Notes: generated by a model from the letters alone, not told the origin. A stretch of DNA of 64,000 nucleotides from Endomicrobiia bacterium (GCA_039630545.1 JBCNUU010000004.1:77207-141206); one strand, 5' to 3'; counted from the first letter of the stretch, positions 30,411 to 40,160 are shown. Translations and numbers: made by a program.

Positions 30411-31277
30411 CTAAATATCTCTATGAGACAAAGATACTAAATAATCATATTTATATTCTTTCTTTAAAAAATTAAGATAGCTATAAATTTCTTCTGCTAT
30501 TACTACAGACCTATGCTGCCCTCCTGTGCATCCAAATGCCAAAGTAAAGTAGCTTTTACCCTCACTTATCACATAAGGAAGTATAAATTGCAAAAGATTT
30601 TTTATGTTTTTTAAATACTCTAATGTAATGGTAGAATTTAATATAAAGTGTTTTACTTTTTTATTTCTTCCATTTAACATTTTCAAACCAGAAATATAAT
30701 TAGGATTAGGTAAAAATCTAGTATCAAACACTATGTCAGCATTAAGAGGTAAACCAAATTTATATCCAAAAGATAAAACATTTATCCTCAGTTTTTTTTT
30801 ATGTTTTTTTTCTATCAATTCGAAAATTTTCTTTTGAAGTTCAGGAATAGATAATAAAGAAGTATCAATTACCACATCAGAGAGTTTCTTTACTTTATTT
30901 AATAATTTTTGCTCTCTTTTTATAGAAGTTAATAAATCTCCACCTAAAGGATGTTTTCTACGTGTTTCTGAAAATCTTTTTAATAAAGTTTTTAAATCTG
31001 CTTCAAGAAAAATTTTAAGTATTTCTATATTATAAATTTTTTTGGAAAGTTGATTGTAAACCTCTATAAGGTCATCTACATTTTCTGCAGACCTTATATC
31101 CATTCCTATACCGAACTTAGTTCTTTTAGGAGTAGTTTTTACTAAAAAAATAAATTTATCTAAGAGTTCTACTGGAAGATTATCTACACAGAAATATCCA
31201 GTATCTTCTAATATATTAAGTACCTGACTTTTACCCGCACCTGATAACCCGGAAATAATTATTAACTTTTTAGTCAT
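30411..31277 (-). CDS. rapZ: RapZ/YvcJ P-loop RNase adapter-family protein
   Basis: SGLSGAGKS, CVDNLP, ETRRKHPL, SFGYKFG, RFLPNP, GCTGGQHRSV. Confidence 0.96.
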   Translation of the reverse strand: MTKKLIIISGLSGAGKSQVLNILEDTGYFCVDNLPVELLDKFIFLVKTTPKRTKFGIGMDIRSAENVDDLIEVYNQLSKKIYNIEILKIFLEADLKTLLKRFSETRRKHPLGGDLLTSIKREQKLLNKVKKLSDVVIDTSLLSIPELQKKIFELIEKKHKKKLRINVLSFGYKFGLPLNADIVFDTRFLPNPNYISGLKMLNGRNKKVKHFILNSTITLEYLKNIKNLLQFILPYVISEGKSYFTLAFGCTGGQHRSVVIAEEIYSYLNFLKKEYKYDYLVSLSHRDI

Positions 31278-31280
31278 TAA

Positions 31281-31739
31281 CTAAAAATTATCTTCCTGTT
31301 TTATAATTTTAATAGCTTCTTCTACTGTAGAAACATTTCTTAAAGACTCTCTAAAAAACCTATCTTTAAAAAATCTTGCTACAGCTGAAATAGCCCTTAA
31401 GTAATCACCAGTTGCTTCTAAAGGAGATAAAATCAAAAATACAAAATATACAGGTTCTCCATCTAACGAATTAAAATCAACTCCATCCGGCGCTATACCC
31501 ATAGCTCCTACTAACTTTTCTACACCAGCACATCTACCATGAGGAATAGCTACCCCAGAACCCACCCCTGTAGTGCCCACACTTTCTCTTTCCATAACAC
31601 TTTTAAATGCTTCTTCTTTATCCTTTACCCTGTTATTTTGTGCAAGGACTTCTATTAGTTCTCTTATTATTGCTTTTTTTTCTTTTGATTTTAATGGTAA
31701 TACAATAGATTTTGGATCAAGAAAGCTCATTATTTTCAT
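31281..31739 (-). CDS. ptsN: PTS IIA component, Ntr/fructose type
   Basis: ERESVGTTGVGSGVAIPHGR, FNSLDGEPV; position after hpf. Confidence 0.85.
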   Translation of the reverse strand: MKIMSFLDPKSIVLPLKSKEKKAIIRELIEVLAQNNRVKDKEEAFKSVMERESVGTTGVGSGVAIPHGRCAGVEKLVGAMGIAPDGVDFNSLDGEPVYFVFLILSPLEATGDYLRAISAVARFFKDRFFRESLRNVSTVEEAIKIIKQEDNF

Positions 31740-31759
31740 ATATCTACCCCTTTCTTTTT

Positions 31760-32299
31760 TTATTTTTCTACATAAAGATCTACAACTTCTATGTCTTTCG
31801 CAATTTTTTTAACTACTGAAACATTGTTGGTATCAATGTTAAAAAAGAACAAAATATTCTCATTTGTTGAAGCTAATTTTTCTACAGCCTCTTGTTCTGT
31901 CATTTTTTCTAAAAAAATTTTGTTTTTTGTATATTTGGTTTCATCTTTTAGTCCAAAATCTTCTATAGGAGGCAAATTTTCTTTGTTTATTTTTGAATGT
32001 TTTTTTACAGATACTATTGTCTTTTCTTTATATTTTACTAACAACTCTTTAACTTTATCAATAGCTTCATCTATCGCTGAATGTAAAACTTTATTTTGTG
32101 TTGAAACTTTTATCATTTTTTTATGATATGTATGTATCAAAACTTCTACATTATAAGTATATTTCTCTTTTTTTAAGGTTATTTCTGTTGAAGAAATTTT
32201 TGGTATATATCTTGTAATTTTTTTAAATTTTTTTTCAATATATTCTTTTATCTCTTTATTAACTTCTAAATTTCTGCTAATTATTTTTATATCTTCCAT
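31760..32299 (-). CDS. hpf: ribosome hibernation promoting factor (long HPF/RaiA family)
   Basis: IKEYIEKKFKKI, SAIDEAIDKV...KYKEK, C-terminal MTEQEAVEKL...FFFN domain. Confidence 0.85.
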   Translation of the reverse strand: MEDIKIISRNLEVNKEIKEYIEKKFKKITRYIPKISSTEITLKKEKYTYNVEVLIHTYHKKMIKVSTQNKVLHSAIDEAIDKVKELLVKYKEKTIVSVKKHSKINKENLPPIEDFGLKDETKYTKNKIFLEKMTEQEAVEKLASTNENILFFFNIDTNNVSVVKKIAKDIEVVDLYVEK

Positions 32300-32321
32300 A
32301 AGTTACTCCTTTCATTATTAA

Positions 32322-33041
32322 TTACATTCTAAATCTTTCTCCCAAATAAACTTTTCTTGCTTCCTCATCATTTATTAATTTATTCGCATCTCCATGAATT
32401 AAAACTTCACCTTTATAAATAATATAAGCTCTGTCAACTATTTGAAGGGTTTCTCTAACATTATGATCTGTAAGCAGAATCCCTATTCCTGAACTTTTAA
32501 GTTTCAAAATCAAATTCTGAAGTTCTTCAATGGTTTTAGGGTCTATGCCAACAAATGGTTCATCCAAAAGAAGATATTTGGGTTTTAAAGCAATTATCCT
32601 GGCTATCTCGCATCTTCGTTTTTCTCCACCTGATAAAGTATAGGCCTTTTGTTTTCTTAAATGAGATAAATGAAGTTCATTAAGAATATCTTCTAGCATT
32701 TTTTTTCTTTCATTTTTATTTTTATAATGTATTTCTAAAGCTGCATAAATATTTTCTTCTACTGTGAGTTTCCTAAACACAGATGGTTCCTGAGATAAAT
32801 AACCAATACCATATTTTACTCGCTTATGAACAGGAAGTTTCGACACATCTTTTCCATCAATATATATCTTACCTGAATTGATGTTTATGATACCTAAAAT
32901 GGAATAAAACATAGTAGTTTTTCCTGCTCCATTGGGCCCCAAAAGGCCAACTATCTCAGCAGGATTAACATCTATTGTGACTCCATTTAGAACACACTTA
33001 TCACCATATATTTTTTTTACATTTTCTGCTATTATCCCCAT
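32322..33041 (-). CDS. lptB: LPS export ABC transporter ATP-binding protein
   Basis: GPNGAGKTT, QEPSVFRKLTV, LSGGEKRRCEIAR, LDEP, TDHNVRETL, YLGERF. Confidence 0.96.
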   Translation of the reverse strand: MGIIAENVKKIYGDKCVLNGVTIDVNPAEIVGLLGPNGAGKTTMFYSILGIININSGKIYIDGKDVSKLPVHKRVKYGIGYLSQEPSVFRKLTVEENIYAALEIHYKNKNERKKMLEDILNELHLSHLRKQKAYTLSGGEKRRCEIARIIALKPKYLLLDEPFVGIDPKTIEELQNLILKLKSSGIGILLTDHNVRETLQIVDRAYIIYKGEVLIHGDANKLINDEEARKVYLGERFRM

Positions 33042-33047
33042 ATTTAT

Positions 33048-33722
33048 CTAGAAAATTATTTCAACCTTTCCATTTAATATAATTACTTGTTTATCAAAAT
33101 CTATTGTAGCTAACTTAGCATGACATGTTTTTATTCTAAGTTTTTCGCTTAAAGATTCAAATTTAATTTTTTTGTCTAAATCAGAATTAACTAAAAGAAA
33201 TTTATCTTTATATTTATATTCTGCAAAATCACAAAATACAGTAGTATCTTCTGTAAAAACAACCACGTTTTCTTTAAATATCATAGTGCTACTTACAGTA
33301 TCCAGGTTTATATAATTACATTTTACCTCTGCCTTTGAAAAACCGTATTCTGCTGTGTCAAAATAACTTGTAGATTTATAAATAGCATATATGTTATTTT
33401 TAAACTCAATCTGTTTGTTTTTCATGTCATAATATAAATAGAGACATTTTATTTCTACATCTAAAGGTCCCAAAGTGGAAGTATATACAAAATATACATC
33501 TTTTTCACATATTATATTTTCGTTTTCTTTATAATAAGCCTGCTGACATAATATGTAACCATTCATTATCTCAATTTTAACATTTCCATAAAAATTAACT
33601 GAGTTTGTTTTTCTATCGTATTCTGTAACATCTGATTGTATTCTTCTTATAACCTTTTCACAAAAAATACTTTTATTAAATGCAAACAAAACCAGAACAA
33701 AAAATATAAACTTATTGCGCAT
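33048..33722 (-). CDS. lptA: LptA/OstA-like periplasmic beta-jellyroll protein
   Basis: Signal peptide; repeated FYGNVKI/FKNNIYA/FKENVVV/LNGKVEI strands; between lptC and lptB. Alternative start at 33731. Confidence 0.7.
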   Translation of the reverse strand: MRNKFIFFVLVLFAFNKSIFCEKVIRRIQSDVTEYDRKTNSVNFYGNVKIEIMNGYILCQQAYYKENENIICEKDVYFVYTSTLGPLDVEIKCLYLYYDMKNKQIEFKNNIYAIYKSTSYFDTAEYGFSKAEVKCNYINLDTVSSTMIFKENVVVFTEDTTVFCDFAEYKYKDKFLLVNSDLDKKIKFESLSEKLRIKTCHAKLATIDFDKQVIILNGKVEIIF

Positions 33723-34230
33723 CAATGACATTTTTGTATATCCTTATAGTTTTAAACCCATCAAAAGTTTCAAAACCAATTCCCTTTATTACAGTTGCTT
33801 CTTTGTGAATTTCTATTTCCTTTTCAGAAAATACTTTGTTTTGAGCGTATATATATTTAATATCATATGTAATTATTTTTTCATTTTCAACTGTATGTAT
33901 GAGGGTTTTACCAAAAAAATCAATGTTTCCTGTATCATTAAAAAATCTGGCCTTTTCAAAAAAAACAGATGCTACAAAACTATCTTTATCGTATAATTTT
34001 ACTTTTCCATCTTCCACATCTACAATTTTAGCATCTTCTTTTAAGAAAGCAACTTTAGCATCCATTTCCCATAATTTCTGGCCATCTTTTACTTTCAAAA
34101 TATGAAAATCGTTAACAGTAGGCACTACAACATCCGATACTTGATTTTTATTATCTATATTTTTGACTGTATTTGTATTTTTACAGGCAAATATAAAAAA
34201 TATACTTAACAGAAAAAAAACTCTTACCAT
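33712..34230 (-). CDS. lptC: LPS export periplasmic protein LptC (probable lipoprotein)
   Basis: Lipobox FIFAC, WEMDAKVA, IKGIGFE; lpt synteny. Start set at ATG 34230, overlapping the lpxL stop. Confidence 0.82.
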   Translation of the reverse strand: MVRVFFLLSIFFIFACKNTNTVKNIDNKNQVSDVVVPTVNDFHILKVKDGQKLWEMDAKVAFLKEDAKIVDVEDGKVKLYDKDSFVASVFFEKARFFNDTGNIDFFGKTLIHTVENEKIITYDIKYIYAQNKVFSEKEIEIHKEATVIKGIGFETFDGFKTIRIYKNVIDAQ

Positions 34231-35093
34231 CTTTTGTGTATCCATACCCATTGTTCAGGATATCTAAGAATATATTGAGAAATTGTATCATTTATAAATT
34301 TTGCAAATTTTACTTTATCATTGTAGCAATCCGTATCTACAGGGATTATCTTTACAGTATATTTTCTGTCTTTTTTCCTGTAAATCAAACCTACCACAGA
34401 AGGTAGTTTATACTTTATTGCCACTTCTACAAAACCTACAGGTGTTTCTGCTTCATGTCCTAAAAATGGAATTTTTATATTATCTATACCTTTTATTTTC
34501 TGATCTACCAAAACTCCTATAAAATACTTGTTTCTTATCGCATAAAGCAGTTCTCTTATTGAATTTTTAGTGTTCCTGTTTACTACTATTTCTCCAACAC
34601 TGCTTCTTATCTTATCAACAAGCTCTCCTATCAACGGAATATATACCTGTCTTGCTATTACTGCCAAAGGAAACTTTTCTAAAGCTAATGTACAACCTAA
34701 AAGTTCCCAATTGCTAAAATGAGCAGAAAAAATAATTACACTTTTATTACTTTTTAAAAAATCTTTCAAAATTTTCTTGTCTTCAAAAGGAAATTCCACA
34801 ATTTTTTGATAAAAATATCTTACACGTTTTAATAAAAAAAACTCCATTAAGTTTATACCTAAATTTTCATAACACTTCTTAGCAATATTTATAATTTTTT
34901 TCCAAGAAAATTCCGGAAATATAAATTTTATATTTCTAAAAGCCACGGGTTTATATCTAAAATCAAATGTATAAAAAATTTTACTTAAAATCACTCCAAT
35001 AAATAAGTTTAACCTCCATGGCATTTTTTGAAAAATTTTATAAAAAATTACTATAAGGTAAGAAAGCAAAAGATTACGAAGCTTTTTAGACAT
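34224..35093 (-). CDS. lpxL: lipid A late acyltransferase (LpxL/HtrB family)
   Basis: SAHFSNWE, LVDQ, PFLG, YPEQWVWIHKRW. Alternative start TTG 35105. Confidence 0.85.
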   Translation of the reverse strand: MSKKLRNLLLSYLIVIFYKIFQKMPWRLNLFIGVILSKIFYTFDFRYKPVAFRNIKFIFPEFSWKKIINIAKKCYENLGINLMEFFLLKRVRYFYQKIVEFPFEDKKILKDFLKSNKSVIIFSAHFSNWELLGCTLALEKFPLAVIARQVYIPLIGELVDKIRSSVGEIVVNRNTKNSIRELLYAIRNKYFIGVLVDQKIKGIDNIKIPFLGHEAETPVGFVEVAIKYKLPSVVGLIYRKKDRKYTVKIIPVDTDCYNDKVKFAKFINDTISQYILRYPEQWVWIHKRW

Positions 35094-35098
35094 GACAG

Positions 35099-35659
35099 TT
35101 AACAATTAAATGTATAAAAGGAAAAAACCTCTTCAAATTTATTTTTAGCTTTAAGGATAAGTTCCGCTACTTCTCTGAACACTCCACAACCTCCATTGTA
35201 TCTGCTTATATAGCAACAAACATTTTTTACTTCTACAACAGCATCTTTAGGACAAATACTGACACCTACTCGTTTAAGAACAGGTATGTCTAACCAATCA
35301 TCTCCAATATATGCAACTTCTTTATCCTTAAGTAAAGTCTTTGAGATAATTTCATTATAAACTTCCAATTTATTTTTCACATTTGAATAAAAAAAATCCA
35401 ATTTTAGTTCTTTTGCTCTTATTTCTAACTCTTTGCAGTTTCTTCCACTTATCCATCCTAATTTTAAGTTTAGATTTGCCTTTCTTAACATGCTGTAAGC
35501 AAATCTGTCCTTTATGTTCCATATTTTAATTTCTATGTTTTTTTTATCATCTAAAATTATCATTTCTCCTTTAGTCAAAACACCATCTACATCCATAAGT
35601 AGAAGTTTTACATCTTTTAATTTAAGTAAAACTTCTTTTCTTGTTAATTTTCTTGCCAT
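35099..35659 (-). CDS. kdsC: Kdo 8-phosphate phosphatase (HAD)
   Basis: MDVDGVLT, ISGR, YIGDDWLD, GGCGVFRE. Alternative start TTG 35668. Confidence 0.92.
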   Translation of the reverse strand: MARKLTRKEVLLKLKDVKLLLMDVDGVLTKGEMIILDDKKNIEIKIWNIKDRFAYSMLRKANLNLKLGWISGRNCKELEIRAKELKLDFFYSNVKNKLEVYNEIISKTLLKDKEVAYIGDDWLDIPVLKRVGVSICPKDAVVEVKNVCCYISRYNGGCGVFREVAELILKAKNKFEEVFSFYTFNC

Positions 35660-35664
35660 GGTTA

Positions 35665-36642
35665 TCAAATTCCTTCTTGTAATATATCTCTTTCGTCTAT
35701 TATGCCAATTACTCTGTTTTTTTTATCTACAACAGGTAAATTATCACAGTTAAATTTTCTCATTTTTTCTTTAGCTTCTATTAACAACTCCTCAGGATAT
35801 GCAACTTTAGGGTTTCTGGTCATTACATCTTTTATTTTACAATTTATTATATCTATATTTTTTTGAAAATATCTTCTTAAGTCACCATCGGTAAAATACC
35901 CAATAAGCACTCCTTTGTCATCTACCACAGTTGTAGCACCTAACTTTTTTGAGGTCATTACTAATAAAGCATCTTTTACAATTGTATCAGGAGAAACTTT
36001 TGGGATAAGTTTTCCTTTCCTCATAATCTCTTTTACTTTCAAATTAAGAACTTTACCAAGATTTCCAGATGGATGAAACCTTGCAAAATCTTCTTTTTTA
36101 AAACCTTTCATTTTAGCAATTGTTATACCTAAGGCATCTCCCATTGCTAACATTGCTGTAGTAGAAGAAGTCGGTACAATATTATAAGGGCATGCTTCTT
36201 TTTGAACTTTTGTATTAATTACCACATCTGAGTATCTAGCTAGTTTTGATTTTATCTTACCTGTAAAAGAAATTATCTTTATATCAAAATTTTTTATAAC
36301 ACTTAAAACTTTTTTAATTTCTTCTGTCTCTCCAGAGTAAGAAAGAACAAGAATAACATCTTCAGGCCTTATTACTCCTAAGTCTCCGTGAAGTAATTCG
36401 ACAGGATGTAAAAAAATAGAGGAAATACCTAAAGATGAAAATGTAGAGGCAATTTTTCTTCCTACAAGACCAGATTTTCCAACACCTATTACAATAAGTT
36501 TACCTTTCAAGGATAAAAGTAACTCTACTGCTTTAACAAAATTTTCATCCAAATGGTTGATTTGAAAAAATACTTGCTGGGATTCTGTTTTTAAAACTTC
36601 TTTTGCAGTATTTAATATATAGGTATTTTTAAACTTATTCAT
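35665..36642 (-). CDS. kdsD: arabinose 5-phosphate isomerase (KdsD/KpsF/GutQ, SIS plus CBS domains)
   Basis: GVGKSGLVG, HGDLG, SYSGET, EACPYNIVPTSSTTA, FHPSGNLG, TDGDLRR. Confidence 0.94.
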   Translation of the reverse strand: MNKFKNTYILNTAKEVLKTESQQVFFQINHLDENFVKAVELLLSLKGKLIVIGVGKSGLVGRKIASTFSSLGISSIFLHPVELLHGDLGVIRPEDVILVLSYSGETEEIKKVLSVIKNFDIKIISFTGKIKSKLARYSDVVINTKVQKEACPYNIVPTSSTTAMLAMGDALGITIAKMKGFKKEDFARFHPSGNLGKVLNLKVKEIMRKGKLIPKVSPDTIVKDALLVMTSKKLGATTVVDDKGVLIGYFTDGDLRRYFQKNIDIINCKIKDVMTRNPKVAYPEELLIEAKEKMRKFNCDNLPVVDKKNRVIGIIDERDILQEGI

Positions 36643-36877
36643 TTTTTCTTTGTAGCCATGGTGTAATTTCTGGTGGTATTTTACGCATATATGGTTTTAA
36701 AAGATGGTTTAAAAGAAAAAATAAAACAATAATAAAAATATATATTAAAAGTAACACTTTTAAATACCATTTAATATCTGGTTTCCAAATGGGTTCTATA
36801 ACAAAAGGTTTATTACACTTTTTACACAATTTTGTATCTAGTTTGTTTACAAATCCACAATAAGGACATTTTATCAT
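36635..36877 (-). CDS. small zinc-ribbon protein with one transmembrane helix, function unknown
   Basis: CPYCG...CKKCN followed by a hydrophobic segment; fills the gap between xseA and kdsD, overlapping the kdsD start. Confidence 0.75.
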   Translation of the reverse strand: MIKCPYCGFVNKLDTKLCKKCNKPFVIEPIWKPDIKWYLKVLLLIYIFIIVLFFLLNHLLKPYMRKIPPEITPWLQRKNE

Positions 36878-36895
36878 AACTTTTATCTCTTTAAT

Positions 36896-38101
36896 TTAGT
36901 CATTATGTATGATTGATTTCACTGCAGAAATAAAGCTACCTTTATAAAGTTGAACTTTAACTTCTTCTTTTTCAATAAGCATCTTTGTGTCTTTCAATAT
37001 ATTACCCTTATACCACACTATAGCATATCCACGGGATAAGATATTTTGTGGTGACAAAAGTAATAGTTTCTCTTTTAATAGTTTAAGTTTACTGTTATAT
37101 TTTTCTAAGTAATGTTTTATATAAAAAATTAAATCATCTTCATAATCTAAAATTTTTTTAATTTTATCTTCATAGAAAATATGGGGATTTTTTAAAACCC
37201 TGCTGTTTTCTAAATTTTTTAATTTAGTATAATAAAACCTAAAAATTTGTCTTAAATACTGAAACAATCTTATCTTGAAATTCTCAATTTTATGTGCTAG
37301 TTCTTCTTTGCTTTTTACAACTATTTCTGCTGCGGCAGAAGGAGTAGGTGCCCTTAGGTCAGCAACATAATCTGCAATAGTATAGTCAATTTCATGTCCA
37401 ACACAAGAAATTATTGGTATTTTTGAAGCTGCAATAGCTCTTGCTACTATCTCCTCATTAAAAGCCCATAGATCCTCTATTGAACCACCACCTCTTCCCA
37501 CAAGTAAAACATCTAAATATGGAAAATTCTCGTTTAAAAACCTTATACCCTCTGCTATTTCATCTTTTGCTGTTTCTCCCTGGACCTTAACAGGATAAAG
37601 AACTATTTCCACATTAGCAAATCTTCTTCTTATTACAGTAAGTATATCTCTTATTGCGGCTCCATCTGGAGAAGTTACAACTCCAATTCTTTGCGGCAAA
37701 AGAGGAATTTGTTTTTTTCTTTTTGAATCAAAAAGACCTTCTTGTTCTAGTTTCTTTTTTAGCTGTTCAAAAGCAAGCTGAAGTTCACCAATTCCTTTCG
37801 GTGTTACATCATACACAATTAAGTCAATTTCTCCTCTTGCAGAGTAATAGTCTATTCTACCATAGCATATGACTTTAAGGCCATTTTCTAACTTAAATTT
37901 TAGCTTTTCATAAAAATCTTTAAATATAACACACTTTATCTGAGCTTTTTCATCTTTTAAAGAAAAATATATATGACCTGAAGAGTAGGTTTTTAGGTTA
38001 GATATCTCTCCTTCTACATAAACTTCTTGAAAAGCTTCTTCAACTAATGTTTTTAAAATATTGCTAAGTTGACTAACTGTAAGGACTATTTTTTCTTTCA
38101 T
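36896..38101 (-). CDS. xseA: exodeoxyribonuclease VII large subunit
   Basis: GEISN...SGHIYFSLKD, GRGGGSIEDLWAFN, GHEID, PTPSAAAE, LSRGYAI. Confidence 0.97.
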   Translation of the reverse strand: MKEKIVLTVSQLSNILKTLVEEAFQEVYVEGEISNLKTYSSGHIYFSLKDEKAQIKCVIFKDFYEKLKFKLENGLKVICYGRIDYYSARGEIDLIVYDVTPKGIGELQLAFEQLKKKLEQEGLFDSKRKKQIPLLPQRIGVVTSPDGAAIRDILTVIRRRFANVEIVLYPVKVQGETAKDEIAEGIRFLNENFPYLDVLLVGRGGGSIEDLWAFNEEIVARAIAASKIPIISCVGHEIDYTIADYVADLRAPTPSAAAEIVVKSKEELAHKIENFKIRLFQYLRQIFRFYYTKLKNLENSRVLKNPHIFYEDKIKKILDYEDDLIFYIKHYLEKYNSKLKLLKEKLLLLSPQNILSRGYAIVWYKGNILKDTKMLIEKEEVKVQLYKGSFISAVKSIIHND

Positions 38102-38104
38102 AAA

Positions 38105-38896
38105 TTAAACTTGAATGTCTCTAAAAATTATCTGTTTTATATCTAGACATTTACCTGTAACATCGTCAATTAACAATTTTACTGCATTAAATATACATAC
38201 CCCCTTAGCTACCTGAAATTTTTGAGGAACACATAATAAAAATCTTTTTAAAACTCCTTCTACTTCAAGACCTATAACTGACTCCTGAGGTCCACACATA
38301 CCTACATCTGAAATGTAACCTGTCCCATTTTTTGTTATTTTAGCATCAGCGGTAGCTACATGAGTGTGTGTGCCTAATACAGCAGAAACTCTCCCATCTA
38401 AAAAAAATCCAAAGGCATTTTTTTCAGAAGTAGCTTCTGCATGAAAATCTACTATTATAACTTTAGTTCTTGCTCTTATATCATCTATTACTTTATTTAT
38501 TGTCTTAAAAGGACAATCTAAACACTCAACTGTAAAAACCCTACCTAACAAATTTACTACACATATTTCAATATCTTTCTTTTTTACAAAACAAAAACCC
38601 TGACCTGGATTGCCTTCCGGATAATTAAGTGGACGAAGAAGTTGCGGATGAGTTATTATCTGCTGCACTTCCTTTCTTGCAAAGGTGTGATTCCCCAGTG
38701 TAATTATATCTACACCATAGCTTATTATCTCTTCAAATACACTTTTAGAAATCCCTTTTCCTCCAGCTGAATTTTCTCCGTTAGCTATTATCAAATCAAA
38801 ATTTTCTTCATAAAGCAGATTTTCTAACACATACTTTACACATTTTCTTCCAGCTTCACCAACTATGTCACCTATAAAAAGTACTTTAACAACCAT
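38105..38896 (-). CDS. ymdB: YmdB-family metallophosphoesterase
   Basis: FIGDIVG, NGENSAGG, TLGNH, DFHAEATSEK, GTHTHV, DVGMCG. Confidence 0.93.
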   Translation of the reverse strand: MVVKVLFIGDIVGEAGRKCVKYVLENLLYEENFDLIIANGENSAGGKGISKSVFEEIISYGVDIITLGNHTFARKEVQQIITHPQLLRPLNYPEGNPGQGFCFVKKKDIEICVVNLLGRVFTVECLDCPFKTINKVIDDIRARTKVIIVDFHAEATSEKNAFGFFLDGRVSAVLGTHTHVATADAKITKNGTGYISDVGMCGPQESVIGLEVEGVLKRFLLCVPQKFQVAKGVCIFNAVKLLIDDVTGKCLDIKQIIFRDIQV

Positions 38897-38901
38897 TTAG
38901 T

Positions 38902-40059
38902 TTATTTCCTTGCATATTCTTTAATCAAAGACAAGGCAATCTCATTTCTTTGAATTTGGTTTGTACCTTCATATATTTGAGTTATTTTAGCATCTCTTAC
39001 ACGTTTTTCCATAGGATATTCACGCATATATCCATAACCTCCAAATATCTGAAGAGCATCTATTGTCACCTTCATCGCTATATCTGAACAGAAAAGTTTA
39101 CACATAGCAGAAATCTTTGTATGTCTTTCTTCAGGATGAGCATCTATTGTCTTGGCTACTTGATAAAGTAAACACTTTGCTGCTTCAATTTCTGTAGCCA
39201 TATCTGCTATCATGTGCTGAATTGCTTGAAAAGAAATAATCGGTTGGCCAAATTGTTTTCTTTCTTTTGCATATTTTATAGCATCTTCAAGAGCTCCTTC
39301 TGCTATTCCTAAAGCCTGCGCAGCAACCCCTGGACGTGACATATCAAACGTCTTCATTGCTATCATAAAACCCTGTCCTTCTTTGCCTAAAAGATTTTCC
39401 TTTGGTACTTTACAGTTATCAAATATCAACTCCCTGGTGGTTGAAGCACGAATTCCCATTTTCTTTTCTTTTTTTCCAAAGGTAAAACCAGGTGTTCCTT
39501 TTTCTACTATAAAAGCAGATGCACCCCTTGCTCCTTTAGATTTGTCTGTCATTGCAATAACTGTATAAATCTCTGCTTCTCCACCGTTTGTAATAAAACA
39601 CTTAGTACCATTGAGAATATAATGGTCACCTTCAAGTTTAGCTGTAGTCTTTATAGCCCCTGCATCTGAACCAGCTTCTGGTTCTGTAAGAGCAAACGCC
39701 GCAAGCTTTCTTCCTGCAGCGATATCTGGTAGATACTTTTGTTTTTGATATTCATTGCCAAACATAAGAATAGGAAGCGTACCCAGCGCAGTCGCCGCTA
39801 AAGCTAAAGCAATACCTCCATCAACTTTAGAAAGCTCCTCTACAACTAAAACTAAATCTAAAATTTTTCCACCTGTACCTCCATATTCTTCTGGAATGTA
39901 TACTCCCATTAAGTCTGCTTTTGCTAATTCTCTGACAACATCCCACGGAAATTCTTCTGTTTCATCATAGTGCTCTCTTACAGGTTTTATTACCTTTTCA
40001 GCAATTTCTCTTGTAAGATCTACAATCATTTTTTGTTCTTCTGTTAAAAAATAATCCAT
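38902..40059 (-). CDS. acyl-CoA dehydrogenase (short-chain/butyryl-CoA-like)
   Basis: FALTEPEAGSDA, NGTKCFITNG, KMGIRAS, RKQFGQPI, QIFGGYGY, QIYEGTNQIQR. Confidence 0.95.
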   Translation of the reverse strand: MDYFLTEEQKMIVDLTREIAEKVIKPVREHYDETEEFPWDVVRELAKADLMGVYIPEEYGGTGGKILDLVLVVEELSKVDGGIALALAATALGTLPILMFGNEYQKQKYLPDIAAGRKLAAFALTEPEAGSDAGAIKTTAKLEGDHYILNGTKCFITNGGEAEIYTVIAMTDKSKGARGASAFIVEKGTPGFTFGKKEKKMGIRASTTRELIFDNCKVPKENLLGKEGQGFMIAMKTFDMSRPGVAAQALGIAEGALEDAIKYAKERKQFGQPIISFQAIQHMIADMATEIEAAKCLLYQVAKTIDAHPEERHTKISAMCKLFCSDIAMKVTIDALQIFGGYGYMREYPMEKRVRDAKITQIYEGTNQIQRNEIALSLIKEYARK

Positions 40060-40116
40060 TTTATATCCTCCTTATTAGTTAAATTTTGATTGTTTTTATA
40101 ATTAAAATTTTATTTT

Positions 40117-40145
40117 TATATACCACAAAAATTGTAAGATATCAA
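40117..40145 (-). promoter_or_regulatory. candidate promoter for the acyl-CoA dehydrogenase operon (TTGATA-N17-TATATA with extended -10 TG)
   Basis: -35 at 40140-40145, TGG-TATATA with the hexamer at 40117-40122 on the minus strand; AAGGAGG RBS downstream. Confidence 0.4.
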
Positions 40146-40160
40146 TAGAAAATAAAATTT

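Noticed and set aside
40125..40146. Rex operator upstream of the acyl-CoA dehydrogenase
   Set aside because: The dyad ATTG-N8-CAAT does not match the length or sequence of the TTGTGAA-N4-TTCACAA consensus.
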